From Fimbriosthenelais zetlandica (Eukaryota): a stretch of 64,000 bases of DNA. The stretch is from positions 20,336,001 through 20,400,000 of the forward strand of contig OZ365113.1 of the NCBI GenBank assembly GCA_977030845.1. Reading direction: 5' to 3'. Under the pieces are notes generated by a model, which saw only the letters and a list, made by a program, of their open reading frames with translations, searched no databases and was not told the DNA's origin. This document shows positions 37,301 to 51,700 of this stretch, in pieces. The position numbers were made by a program, and so were the translations under genes. Position 1 is the stretch's first letter. Every line of letters starts with the position of its first letter.

Positions 37301-38899
37301 TAATTATGATATAAGTACATACAACTGGCAGTATATAGTGAAGCCATACTTAAATGAACATGGTTGCTTTTGCATGGATAGATCCTGATTTTGGAGAATT
37401 CATCCCCAGTAATTTTTCCTCTAAGACATACGGTTGCATGCAGAAGGGATGAATTTGATTTGTTTTGCTTCGTTGAGCTTGAAGTCCATGAAATGTTCAT
37501 GGCATGATAATTCAGGGATTTCTATGACAGCCAGCCCTTTACACAGAACAGGAAGTACTTCACCAAAATACATCATATCATTAAGGGTGGAAGACAGAAA
37601 AGAAATGTACTTGCCCTGCAGCCAATTATAAATTTTATATTAGGAGTGAAAGGCATAACATGGTATTTTCTCCTCCTTCGTTTGCCCCTCCTTGGCTATG
37701 TATTCCAATGGGAAAGTCATAGAGAGATGTGTTACATGCCTGCACGGTGACCATCGGCTTTGTCAATTAGAGTGGCTTCGTGTGTGGCTTTTCAGGGTGC
37801 AGTAAAGCGGGTAGACTCTGTGGCTTCTTATCCACGGACCGTGACAGGTCTAAATGTCTAACATTAGGTTATAAATGAGGTTCACAGGAAACCCTAGATT
37901 CGCCCTAGATTAAATAACCTAGGTCGAGAGGAATTCAAAATCCAATGTTTATATGTTTTGTCATTCCATGCATTGATATGGCTATAGGGCCTACAATTGG
38001 AAGGTTCATCTGATGATACCATAAGAATTATGTATTTCCTCTTCGGTTATATAGCATTTACCTTGGTCATATGACCTATCAACTCCTGAACTTCTCACCT
38101 ACCACCACACCTGTAAGATTTCTGCTCCGAGGGCCACATTTCCACTTGATGGCACCTTTCTCCAGTGGCTGGGAGGGGTATTTAAAGGTTCCTCCTCCAG
38201 GCTCTAAGCTAAAAAGTGTCCCACTTGCATGGCTGAACATTAGTCTGAAGGTGAGTGGGATTACAAAAATAATGCTTTGGTATTTGCAGGAGGCTTATAT
38301 GGCTGGGTGTTTATGGGAACTGAAGCCAAGGACCACAAAACCTGACCTCCCAGCTCAGCTGAATAGACCACTCACAGATATATGTTCTGATTGCTGACCT
38401 TCAAGACAATTGCTTTATACTATATCATTTTATTTCAATACTGATATAATATCCTGTAAGATGTTAAACTGCCATTTTAAAGTATGCTCCTGCTTGTGCA
38501 TAAGAAAAGCAACTGGTGCATCATCTCCACATGGGACAACCTTAATTCACTGAGAAAAGTGGGTGAAGTAAAGTATGGAGGCAGTGCAAAAACCAATTTC
38601 AAATAGCATATCACAGACGCACTTCTCACATGTTCTTGGCAATTAGATTTGTCATGTTTATTTGTGAAACATTTTGGTGTAACTGCTACACTCTCTGCTA
38701 AACATTGGGAGTAAAGAGTAGATCAAGTTGTGCTCCAACGTGAGGGAATTTTACCTCATACATGCCCTACCGGCTACCTCTAGTATCTAACTTACATCTT
38801 GGCATATGGTACAGGGACTTCTGCCCTTTCACGGCCTCTCAATAAGCATTTAGGGACATGCTAGGATGTGTTTATCATTTACTGCAACAACAGCTTTTG

Positions 38900-41000
38900 T
38901 TTGCTTTTCCATCTTGTCGGGAATGTTGGTCGAAACCCGTCAGCCAATTATCTCCTTCCTCTCTAAAACCGGAAGTCACGTGGCTGAGGGTCAGCGTCTG
39001 GCACTGCCACCTGTTGTCGGTGGTCAAATCAAAGCGAGCCTGTGGTAAGCGCATGCGCAGCTGGCATGTAGTCCTAGCAGACTTGGAAGCCATCACATTG
39101 ACTTGCTAGTACCCCGGCCCTTGCAGTTGCTTTATATCAAAGGCTATGTTGGATAGACTGGTCTAAAGGGTTGCTCATGGAGAGAGTGAATCAAGTCTAT
39201 GCCAAACTCCAGTGAGCTTCTGCCAAATATCATGAAGAGGGAGAGTAAGGGAGAGTGAAGCCACTTTCCCATCGCGCGGAGGGAGGTACCACATCACCGC
39301 CGGTTGTACTATAGTGCGCGGCGCCTGCGCAGTGCAGGCGGTGAGGTCAATGGCTGTAACCTTAAGCCGTTTGTCAGCGCCGCCGTAAGGGGACGCTTTC
39401 AGCGGAAGTCGATAGCAAAAGTGGGGCAAAAGATCATACTACGTGTTACACCTGTCGACCACTGGGCGGGGAGCTTAAGAGGAGTGGGAGGAGGAAGGGA
39501 GGAGGGGGCTTCTAGGTTCCTAGAAGCGTGGGAAAGATGTGGCTTACAGCAAAGTATGAGCGTTTCCCAGGGCTAAGAATAACTCGCCAAACGCTCATTG
39601 GGGCTGGTGGAAAAGAAAATAGCAAACACTTAGGTGGCTTACGAGGTTGGGGAGTCCTGGGTAGTCCATTAAGTACATCCGTTTAAGGTATACCATTATA
39701 TAGGACTAAATGTATTATATAATTAGGCATAGCCACATTAATTAAAACCGGAAAAATGGTATGGATATATCTTCCTTTCAACTTGGATGAAAGAAAAACA
39801 TTCTAGAAAAAGCTGCCTCTGCACTAAAAGTACTTCTTTTGTCATTGATGCCTTGACTTCAAAACATGTAGAACTTAAGACAGGCGAAAAAAAATCGCGA
39901 GTCTATATTCAAGTAACTTGTCAGATGGTCTGAAAATTGGCAACCTTAAATAAACAAAGCGAAACACAACCCTATATCATGAAGCCCATGCCACTTTGAT
40001 CTTGTCTTTCGCTTAGGCAGGATGCCCAGATTTCCCTCAAGATTATTTCTACATATGTTTCCTACGTGAATCAGCGAGTATTTCTGGGGTGAAAACTCTT
40101 ACAGTCCCCCAACGCTGCTTGTTGTGAATAAACAATTAAGTCGGAGGCCATCTTTTTTGCCCATTCTGTGTAGATGCAGTGATTTTTCTCGCGCGTGCGC
40201 AACGGACAGGTTTCCGTGTAAACATCCTGGCATTTTGCGGTAAATAACGACTGCACACTTCACCGCCAGGGGCTGAAGGCAAACGTCGAGGACGTTCATT
40301 TAGACGTCAGTGTCCATGGCGACGTCATGAGGCACTAGCTTGTTTTTGATGAACATAAACAAGAGATAAACTTGGCTTGCCTAAAAGCGACTTGCTTGTT
40401 ATATCTACCGCAACTTTTTTTACAAAGTATAAATTAGACAGGAAGCTTGTTTGTCCTTGTAGATACAGAATATGCTCTCGTAGGTTTTGATTCGAGGGGA
40501 ACACATAACTTCGGTGTAAAATATAATCACTTCAAGATTATGGAACAGCATAGTCGTTCCTGAATAATCGATTAATTGGAAATATATAGGACTACTAAAA
40601 TCAGCGAATCGCATCGTGTTAACACCAGGCTTTATTGTCCATAAACCCCGTTTCACATAAAAAATAAATACCCCAAGCGCTTCTATAATACATCAAGGTT
40701 GTTTTTTTGCAAGATGCTAGGGAAATACCAGGAATTTTAAGAAGTCAAAGCCTGACGTGAAAATCACCTGAGTTTCCTGGGAAAATGCATTTTTTGCTTT
40801 ACCAGCGCTACATCAATCAGAGGGACAGGCCAGGTCATGTGACCGCGTGAGTTCCAGGAGTTTTTATTCTCGGTGCGCATGCGTGGGAAGGCTGATACAG
40901 TGGGGCTAATTTGTCGTGCATGCGCATGCTGTGCACGTGCCACAGTGAAAGCTGTTTGCATGTTACAGAGGCATAAGGTATAGCATTCATTCTTTGCCAT
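38900..41000. promoter_or_regulatory. CpG-rich promoter/enhancer-like patches without an associated coding gene
   Basis: CCGGAAGT-CACGTG 38969-38982; GCGCATGCGC 39049-39058; TGCGCATGCG 40874-40883; GCATGCGCATGC 40918-40929; CGTGGGAA 39527 and 40882. Confidence 0.45.
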
Positions 41001-43278
41001 GATTGAAATAGTAGAATGCTTAACAACAGTTAAGAGTTATGTTATCTCCCACAGGGAATGGCTCGTATACAAGGCATGTCATTAGCTAATCAAATGGGGG
41101 ATTTTGAAATAGGACTTCTCTTTAATAATTAATGCAGTCCTGTCTGAATCAATATGTAAAGCAAAGTAAAAAGAGGGACTTAAACTGATTTAAGCTTAAC
41201 CTTACCGCAGTGGTATGTTAATTCGTTGGGAAATATTTCCTAAGTTATGCATTTAAGCATCCTTGGGAAAATCTTTCCTTTTTGCAGTCTCGAGGCCTAA
41301 ATTCTTGGCTCAGACGTTCGCTAAATGGTAACTTATATGGCAGGGGGAAGAGGGTAAGTGGACTAGGGAGGAGAGGGAAAGTGGGCAGGGGTTAGGTTGG
41401 GGGTGGGGAGTGGGAGGGGATAGGGAGAGATAGGGAAGCTATGCTATGAACATGCATGCATGCTCCAGGAGACCCTGGAGGAGCTGCTCAACTGGGCGCT
41501 GACTGTTCCCACGACCTACATGATGCCCTGCAGGGTGAAGGGGAACAAATCCACCCTACATAACCATCCTCACTTCACGGGGACAGTAAACTTTCCATCC
41601 TCTTCCGGTGGCTGATGATGTGCAAGTTTAATGACATTTACTGAATTTTCAGGGCATTTTGTTTTCATCATTTATTTTAGCAATCTGGATTCCCATGTTC
41701 ATAAAGTAATTCTTGGTGTGAATCATGTGAAGGCCGTTTTTCACATTAGTACGCTTCTCGTTTTTCCCCCACCGGAAACACTGTCTTCATCTAATCAACA
41801 ATGTGACCCTCTATCTCCCCCAGCCTGTCCTATTATCATGACTCTCCATGGAAGTCATCTCTGAACCATCATACCACCACCACCCGTCTACACAAACAGT
41901 AAATTGGCCACCCACCCTCTTCGGCCCTTCCATCCTGCCATCCAAACACTAGGTCTTCTAATATCACTAGCCTGTTTTTGATAGAAACATCTGTAAAAGT
42001 CACACTAATCATTGTCGTTCCACTATAACGTGTAGTGCAATGTCTCCTGTACATTAGTTCTAAGAGGGCGTTCTTTCCCTATAGCTTTCTAACAATTCAC
42101 CGTTGAAACATCATTCTCTGAATCTGTTCCCCAAATTAATCCAATTTAGAAATATGCATCATTTCATCAATGTTCTTATTTACCACAATGCAATCTGCAC
42201 AATGCAATCTGTCTGAAGAATAGTAGGGAACAGATCATGTGTGTGTTAAATTTTGACAACGATTGACCTATTTATTAATGGGCAATCAGGACAATTGGAA
42301 CGGTAAGACTATCGCCCGTTACTATGCCTAGCGCCCTCCAACATGCAGTAAGCATGCGCCATATGGCCACTTCCTGCCGTGCACGTGGCAATTTGGATGC
42401 AAGCCATGCATAGGTAAAACAAGTTCTGCTTATCAAGTACTTTGAGATTATCAGCAGATACTGCATTTTATGAAAACATAATTATCTCTTGAACAGTTGG
42501 TGTGGCTGCCAAATATCATCCCAATGGTGAAATTGGGATAATTTTTGCCCACAGGAGTTCATTGAAAGAAAACACTTTTAGCAGGATGAAGGCCAAAGCT
42601 CTTGATTCTTTCTTTCTTTTCAGAGTCCATGCTAATGTGCATTTGCAGGTCTGGATAAGCTTACATTTCAGGTTAATAATTCCCACCCTCCCTCGCCCCT
42701 TCCCAATCTGCATCACTGTCTGCCACCTGCCCATCCGCCCTTCAATTTCTGCTAACCAAAGTCCCACCCACCCGATCCTGCCGCTTGCCAATCCCATGTT
42801 CATATACTGAGACAAAACTTGCCACACCCGCGCTGCCACCCTGCCACACACTCACCCACCTTCCCACACCCGCACAACTCACTCTCCCAACCACCCATCA
42901 TCTATTAGATGGATATCTGCATTGCATACTGCGAATGAACAGCATTGTTTCACTCATTGTTAAACTGATTCTAAATCCAACATCTGGAACATTAAGAGTA
43001 TAAAACATGTCAGCTTCTCTTGGCCTTACATGTTGGAGTATTAACTTATTCCCCTTTTCACTTGTAAACCACACCTTGTTACTCCCTATGCTAACACAGT
43101 TCAACAACATGCAGACCAACATCTCATATACTAACCATGGTTGGGGGCCACTCACTGGATGTGAAACCTGTTAGGTCATAAACAGCTGGACTTATCATAT
43201 GAGAATTCTGCCTCTTAAACAACTTCGGTTGTTTCAAAACAAAGTGTAAAATCAATGGAGACGTACATTTTACTCTTA

Positions 43279-43514
43279 AGCGCCTTCTATACTATACCAA
43301 TTTATGATCGGATCAGATTAAAATCTGACATGCAAGATCTGCCCCCAAATCGCATCAGATCTGACATGCACAGATCTATGAGAGAATCATCCCGTTCATG
43401 ACCTTAAAATCTCCATACACATTATGCCGATTTTTAATCTTACTTCAATTTGATCTGATGAGGCCATTAAGATCATGAATTCGCACCCAAGATCGGTGTA
43501 GTGTAGAAGGCGCT
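43279..43514. mobile_element. PIF/Harbinger-like MITE, 236 bp
   Basis: TIRs agcgccttcta(t/c)acta(t/c)acc at both ends, TTA target-site duplication at 43276-43278 and 43515-43517, internal atctgacatgca duplication. Confidence 0.8.
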
Positions 43515-45834
43515 TTATGTCCATGGCAAACCAAAGTTATGGAACAGATATATAAAATTTCCATTTTGCATCTGGGGATGAGGGCATGCAGGCAGTGAAC
43601 TGCTCTGACTGCATGGCCTCACCTGTAACCCCGGGTCTCTAAGCCGTAGAAACCACCTGCATCCACATGGTCAGTATCTGCCTAATGGTCATCCAACACC
43701 ATGAGAAGCAGATGTCAGTAATATACCATATACATTGATGGATACCATGGTCTAAATCGGTCACCTTAATGTAAATTTCTTCTGTCATGACTGCCGTTTT
43801 GGCAGGATCAGGTGGGTGGGGCCAGAGGTCTCTGATGGGTCATTGGTTGGCAAGGTGGTCAAAATTCACATGCTCAAAATGTCATGATCATTTTCTTGTT
43901 GAAACAGCTTTATGCATAATCTTCCTCTTCCAGGATGCTACAGCCTGGAAGAAAAGCTGAAATATCTGTTCAAAGTCTGGAAAAAGTAAACAAGATAATG
44001 ACTTACACCAGAATTTATAGAGCTCACTTATAATGAACAGATGAAAGCATTTCAAACATTTTATATGGGCCATCACTTCAGCATAATTATATATTTCAGA
44101 GTGACTGTTAGACTTTCAACTTTTCTCAGACGTTGCTTCACTGACACAAATGATGCCCTGAGGGTAAATTCCATGTAGATGGGGAGTACAGTCAAAGAGC
44201 CAAATTCAACGACAAGAGGTGACTGATGGGGTGTATAGATGTTAAGCCATTGCCTTTGGTTTTATTTTTCATGCCATCACACCATCATTATCAATTTAAA
44301 TATGATTTATGATGGTAACATTATCTAACCTTCCCAGGTTCAGATTTTGATATAGACCCCTGCCTAATGATAACATATGAAGTCGAATCGTCTTCCGGGT
44401 TCCTGAACTATCTGTTACTTATAATGTTTTTCAATGCGAATGTGTTAACAATATATGAGTGGTCAAATAATCTGGCTAAAGAATTAGATTATTGCACTCA
44501 ACTTGAAGAATATTAGTACATGCCTATTATACCGGCAATGCTTTCTATATGCGATCATGAATAATCTCAACAGTATCAGTAAATTACAGCTGCACTTCTT
44601 CATTGAATTCATAGTGTATTTTGGCTTTAATTTGTGACCAATCATTCTGTGATATTGGCATGAGGAATTACTTGTCATTCAATGTCATACGGAGCAAGAG
44701 GCAGACTGTCTGTCTATTACATCCTTCCAGCCGGGATTCCCGCAATGGTGAGGGATGGCACTGGGGTTATCACCGGCAGAACCTGTTAGACTACTGACAC
44801 TTCTGACATGGCTGCCAAAAGCCTCACGCCGTGTTATGCTCATTACATGGAATTTCAGGAGTTACTGGGAGGATGGGAAAGTTCAGAGATCAGACCTAAA
44901 GATAGACCTTCTCATTGTGGGTGGTATCCTTAGACAAGACCTCATCACAAGCTACATCGTGGTTAATTACATAGGGGAGGACTAATGACCTTCGGGGACC
45001 TTAAATAACTGATAGGGATGCATGGTGGTACTGCATGGGCATCAAATTGAAACCATCCATCTACTTTGTCTAATGTGGTGTATCTAATGAAGAATACGGT
45101 ATGCAATCTATTTCCTTCAGTTTGCAGTACGTTATGTTTGAATGAATGGTACCCTGCCTTGCATTTGCTTGCATGATTGCTTGATACAATATGGCAAGGC
45201 AGTTCGCGTACGCCCATTTCTCATCCACAGACTAGTTATGACAGGGTGATGATTAGTACAAAGATGGTGTCAATTAGTCAGATGCCAGTACTGGTCATTC
45301 AGGTATAATATGTTGCAATAGCCAGGTTCCAGGGGTCAGGAAGGCCTCGGTGCTAGGGTCATGTCTGAGCCTGGTACACGGCAGTGCTCCATCTTTATGT
45401 ATTTGGTAAGATGGTGAACCTTTCACGAAGGCTGGTCAGGAACTATATTTATAATTGATAACTTGTGAACTTGGTTATCTTGCCCACCGGCTGATTCAGT
45501 CTCCTCCCCTGGCCTTGCCTGTTGCTGATACCTCTGACCTAACAGGTTGCCCTGCAGTAACCTGTCAATAATGTTTAAGTAGAGTTCACCAAGTTATTTA
45601 TAAAGTCAGTGAAGCTGCATCCTCTCCAAGTCAAGGAACATTAACTCAAACTTTCTCTTTATAATGAATCCAAAGCTTTCTGATATTTTAATACAATTGG
45701 TTTGACACCAATAACTCTACACTAGAGACTGTTGTTATTTTGTTTTAGGTGGGTGGGGGATGATGAGTAGGCCTGAAATTAATTACATGTATATAGACTT
45801 TATATAAAGTTACAATGAACATCAAAACAAACGA

Positions 45835-47880
45835 TTTATTTGTACAAATTATCTTTTATTTTATCTAAAATAATTCTATAAGACCATCTGGTCCCTTATG
45901 TCCGAATAAAGCACAGTTGCTAATAGCATGTACATTCTTTGATATGTCTCAATGGAATCATTAATTTCACACAAACAAAATTTTGACGCTACATACACAT
46001 ACTTTTTACACTTTTATGCTTATGTCAAAAATTGCTGGCAATTGTGCAATTATATAACGGACATATAGATAATTATAACTCAGCATATTAATCGAATTAT
46101 CCTACTTACTACTAGTATAGAAATTGTATTTCTATACTTGTATTACAAAGGGAATACATTAAAATTACATCTGGCAGACTACTAACGCTTGTTCTGTAAA
46201 GTAAATTATTAACATTAAGCTGTATAATTATGGAAGCATTGCTATGCAATACCAACCTAAGTGTAGCCAGCATAAATTTGAAAAAATAGCCAATTAAATA
46301 AATGGTCATAAATACTTTTAAAGGCTTCGCTAAGTCTTCCTCCTTCTTATAAAACTGTCAAAAGCAACATTATATCAGGAGAAATATAAATTATTTCTAG
46401 ATAAAATGAGACTATAACTATTACATTATTTACAGTTTATACAGAACTTGTAAAAGAACATATATAACATTACATCCCGAATTACCAGCCATACATTATG
46501 GGCAAAGTGAACAAGAAAGTTGATTTTGCCCAAATAATTCTCATACTCCATCACAATCATACTGTTTTTGTGTTTGTAAAAGGGCAAACAATAATGGGTG
46601 TGAATTGTAAGCCAATCTCTATCATAGAACCAAGGAACATATATGCATAATTCCATCACTGGGCAAACTTCCTAGTAAGAGGATATTTTGGCATATACAC
46701 TCACATACAAAAGATGAATTTCGAACAAGACAGTACAAAAAGGCTCTACCAGAGCCAAGGACAAAACTGACAAACACTCGCTCTGCGAGTTAATTATCTT
46801 AAAAACAAATTAATTATTTTATAAGGATAAACAGGTTTAGATGTCTAAATAATACATGTAGGTCCAAAATGACATTCCATTCGCACAGCGAAATACAATT
46901 TAAAATAAACTTAGCAGATATTACTTTGATGACTTTAAGTTTAAGAGGACTTCCTTTTCTGTATCTATTACTGTTTGCTTGCACCTTTCTGTGGAACAAA
47001 AATTCAACATGTAACCATTTTATAATAGGTAGGGCTATGGTAGTATTTTATATGCCATATACTCTTTCCTTAACTCGTATACTGCTGAGATCTTTTTGAT
47101 TATCAAGAGTGAGATTCAACTCTTCCAGATGATGCTTAGGTCTTCTAATGAGAAGCAGTAGGATTATAATATTATGTATAATATTTGACTACATGGGTCT
47201 CATAAATAAACGTACGTATATGGCTGTTTTGCGACAATACTGTTCATTCCAAGATAAATAGGTCAGATAATAGGCAATAAATAGAAAAATACAATACTTT
47301 AATACCTCCACAACGCCTGTAAAAATATTCCACAATAAATTAAATGCACTCCAAATGCCTTGGCTGAAATTTTCAAGGATTGCCGAAAGAAATTGACATA
47401 AATAGCCTTAATACTTATAAATAATGTTTAAAAAATAATAAATAATCTAGACTGGTTCAATAAATAAAAATACTAATGAACTAGAAAATTCACCAGGTGG
47501 TCGGGTATCTCCCAATAAGATTATTGGAGCCAATTTTATAAATAGTATATAATTATATAAAGGAGAAATATGGTCCTGTCGACAAGACTGTATAAAGTTA
47601 ACCTGAAGCATAAAAAGACCTCTGTGATCCCATCCAACCAGCTAATAAAAGAAAAATACAAATTTGTGTCTAAAGTATCTAACATCTATCATACGTACAC
47701 GCCTACACAATGTCAAATAATTCTTGTATTCATACACTCATTGTTCCCAAGAGTCACTGACACCCAGTTGAACATACACAGCATGTTGAATTGTGGGTGA
47801 ATCTGTATAATTTGCAATTGATTCAAGAGAATCGAAGATTATGGTCAATGTTTTTTGTGGCCAACACAGCATCTGCAGTC
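45835..47880 (-). other. Probable ~2-kb AT-rich 3' UTR of Scratch gene
   Basis: Very AT-rich run downstream of the stop, ending in two minus-strand AATAAA (45835-45840, 45855-45860). Confidence 0.5.
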
Positions 47881-48734
47881 TCAGTGATTTCTGTGATATC
47901 TTTGTCCTCTCATACATGAAGATTCCTCATGCTTGTACAAATAGGATTTCAAGGCAAAGGCTTTCCCACATCGGCCACAGATATATGGTTTTTCTGGTGA
48001 GTGTGTCTGGACATGGGCTCTGAGGTTCGATTTATCTGCAAAGGACTTGTTGCAGGTTGGGCACTTGAATGGCTTTTCCCCTGTATGGGTTCGGATGTGT
48101 CCCTGAAGCAACCAAGGTCTAGAGAATCTCTTTCCACAGAAAGAACATTCACAGCCTTGATTGTGAGTGCGTACATGCATGCTGTATGCTGGCATACTGA
48201 CATAGACTTTGTCACAGTGCGGACATTTCCGGGCCTTCTTGTCACTAACGGAACGGTGTGTCTGTCGATGACGCGCCAGGTTGGAAGAAGTACTGTAACG
48301 TTTGCCACAATCTGGGCAGACATGGTTGTCACCAACGTCTATTTCCTCCCAGGCCTTCTCCACCAAGTCATTAAGGTTATAGTCCAAACGCCTTGTTGCA
48401 GGCAGGACAGATGTTGGTTTCAATGGGGATTGTGTGAGTTCCGCCAGACGCATCTTGTAATCCAAGGGAACATGCTGTGTGAGGCTTGCAGGGCTGAAGT
48501 AATTACAGAGTTCAGCATTCCTCTCAGCAATGACAGCGAATTGATGAAGAGGACTGGTTACTTTGGACGAGTCAGAATCGTCTGTGTAGGACTCATCACC
48601 GGATGATGGTAAAGATGTTCCTGACATGGAATCATCTGTGTCCACATCTCGGCGGAGGTCAATGGGATGTTGCTGGCAGGGTGGTGGTACCCCGATGACA
48701 ACAGACACGGCATTGCCCATCAAGCCATTGGCTT
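47881..48734 (-). CDS. scrt: Scratch exon 2 (acidic/Ser-rich linker and 5 C2H2 zinc fingers)
   Basis: Lies within the 299-aa ORF 47881-48780; acceptor after polypyrimidine tract; TGA at 47881-47883. Confidence 0.95.
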
Positions 48735-51700
48735 CTGTAAAAGAAAAGAAAAATGTTAGATCAAGCCACATCAAGTACAATTCAGGAGAGTTCAGAGGAA
48801 ATAAATGCTACTGAATTCGGCAAATGGTCCATTTAGCTGAATCAAGCCCACCCACACATTCTGAAGTTTCCCTGAAAAGTGGCCTTCCACCTCATGCTCG
48901 ATTTGCATGTTGAGTGGTTTTGGCTACGATTTCACTTCTTCTTGGGATAAGAACTTCTCAAAATCTTGTGAGCCGGTAAGAAGAACACTAAAAGGCTATT
49001 AAATAACTGTCTATTTCACCTCTCTTTCTGCCCAGGTCGTGCATCATGTGTGAATGGCCTAGTGAATATACCACTAGACCGAATACTAGAGACTGTGTTT
49101 TGGTAATATTGCACCCTCTAATCTCTGTCTCAGGGCTCTTAATCTTTAACCCCCTGAGCAATCCATTCACAACCTGCTTTCTTCATCTCATGCCCAGCCC
49201 TATTCCTAACACTTGCAGGATTCTAAAATGATGCATTAACTAATCTATAGGCCTATATGATGCACAAAGAAGGAGATGAAACCGACAACGACCAAGTTGA
49301 CAATTTCCAAAAATGCTAATACTATACGAACCCCTCAAGAGGAAGATAAATTTATATTGAGTCATAGTTGTCCAGACATTCATATGTCTGAAAGTTATTG
49401 GAAATCCAAATATAAACAAATACATTATCTGCATAAAGGTACCAGTACCCTGTTGCTTACTATCACACGTACACATCCGAGTCTTATCGAGCATAGTGGC
49501 TTTGGATATAGCCACTGTATACAATCCTTGGGCCCGGTGACAAGGACTACATGTGTATATCCGAGAGGGATGCTAACTTGTTTATATCCACGAGTAAATC
49601 ACCCTAAACATATACAGACATTCCCCATGCCCATACAAGCATACCTCTAGGGTACACTTCAGATCTTCCTCTTTGATACCAAGGGAGAGATGAGTACCTG
49701 GGTGTTAAGGAGTGTGCCGGATATCTCCCACCCATTCAGTTGGTTCAGGACAAACAGCTGATGTTGAAAGAGAAGACCCAGTATTGATATACATAGAACA
49801 TGATTTGATTTACTACTTCAAAGGAAACTGTTTAGTGACTGAGGATATTATGAGTGGTCGTGGTATAATATGGTCTAATATCACTAGGCTTGCTGAATGC
49901 ACAATGTTCTGTTAAAGCTCAACGAATTAAATATATTGTTGTAAAGTTGAATGAGAGGTACTTCGGATGGCTGTGTCTGGCAGTGCCAGGATTGGGTTTC
50001 ATTTTGCTTTTTGTTTTTTTTCGAAAAAGAAATCACATGTTCCACATGCCCCCATTAACGTTCCCACAAGTTCACAAGTACACTTTTTGGCACTAGCCGT
50101 GAAGTTGTAACTGGTTGTAATTCAGGACTTTTTGCCTCACTGAACTGCAAGTTCCTGTTTTAGACAGTCAGGTCCATGGGCAAGAGTCCAGGGCCGAGAG
50201 ACCACGCATGGCAGCAATCTGAGCCCCATGCCGGAAACACTTTTTTACTTCCTTATCTCTGAGTTTCCAGTAAAAGCAATGCCTCTTAACCTACTAGACC
50301 CTGCCTTTACCCCCTTGAAGAGCAACACTTCTTGAGGCTAGGGCCCGATATAAATTCTAGATTTACAAAAGGCTGCATAATTTAGTTCCATGGTTCCTTT
50401 TGAACTACTGAGTGAACTTCTAAATCACCGTTCTTTCATTCTGAGGGCAGAAAAGTGTAAAGGAGTCATATCCCCAAAACTAGAAATGGTGTACTGAGGT
50501 ACTGATAGACTATTTCCTTTGGGATGAATTTTGAAGACTTTCCATCACTGGAGTGACAGATTTTTATAGACATGGGCAAACAGAGAACATGTAAACCCAA
50601 GGTGCGAGCACCTTTAGGGTTACGGCTGAGCTAAGGCAAATGTTCAGTGTACATAGGTGATTGAATAGATATGATGAGTGAGTGGCTCATGTGTGAATGG
50701 GTGAGTTAGCAGTGAAAACACTCCATGTGTCTTGAGTGACAAGCCTGGACAGGTGATATTAGCCCCAGTCTGTTAACAACCACCGAGTTACTACTGAGCT
50801 ACTCTTCCTAACGTCTCAGGTGCCTTCAAAAGCATTTGTAGTCTTGCACCAGGTTTTACTTTCAAGCAAATTTGAATTGTTTACAGTATGGCCCAGTTCT
50901 AAACCAAGATCCCTACTATAGTACATATGGCCAAGGTACTCGGATGGGAGAGGTGTAAAAGGTTGCCCTTATCTAACGATTTCTCTCACTCCAGAGATCG
51001 AAGTTGGGAGATTTCAGTAGCATAAATGTAATCGATTTTCCAGCAGTTTTTGTTCTCAGATCTAATTATTTTTCTGAGGATTTATTCTAAAGTTGAATTC
51101 AAGATGAATACTTGATAATTTAGAAATTATTCTTTAATGGCTGATGAAAGTAATTAATGAAAAATGGTGTGTACATAATTGCAGTCAGTATTTCTATTAT
51201 TTTGTTAGGATTTGGCGATGATGCACAGTAAGCTGAACCTTTGCTATGGTAATGCAAATCACCAGCTCCAGGGAGGCCCGAGTAGTAAGAAATAATGGTG
51301 AGTATCTTTGGCAGGTAACGTATGTATAGCTTGGTGGTGTCTATTACATTCATTCACTCATACCTCCCCTCCCACAACCAAAACCTGGCTTCTTGCCTGC
51401 GGCTAAATCGTCCGAGAGAATAGAAAGATACGTCTTCATCAGGAATCAAACAGATAGGAACGAAAGATTAAAAGATCATTTGTCTGGACATTAAAGAACT
51501 ATCGATATGTTTATAATCTATTATAATCTGTTTCTAGATTATTAGCGCAACATTCATAAGAGACAAGAAAATGCCTATCAAAACGCTAAAGTCGAATCAA
51601 TTGCAGGCCACCTGAATTCCCTCATTCAAACATCCCCACCCGATACAAAAGCTGAGATGAGAAAGATTGATTTGTGGTAATGGAGCCCAGAACTCCACTT

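Noticed and set aside
37420-37630. GLAVIEIP echoing GLFVIEVP at 34650
   Set aside because: Short motif with no nucleotide similarity around it; probably chance.
48001-48606. 201-aa plus-strand ORF and 128-aa alternative-frame ORF 47949-48335
   Set aside because: Antisense and alternative-frame shadows of the Scratch zinc-finger exon; no protein-like features.
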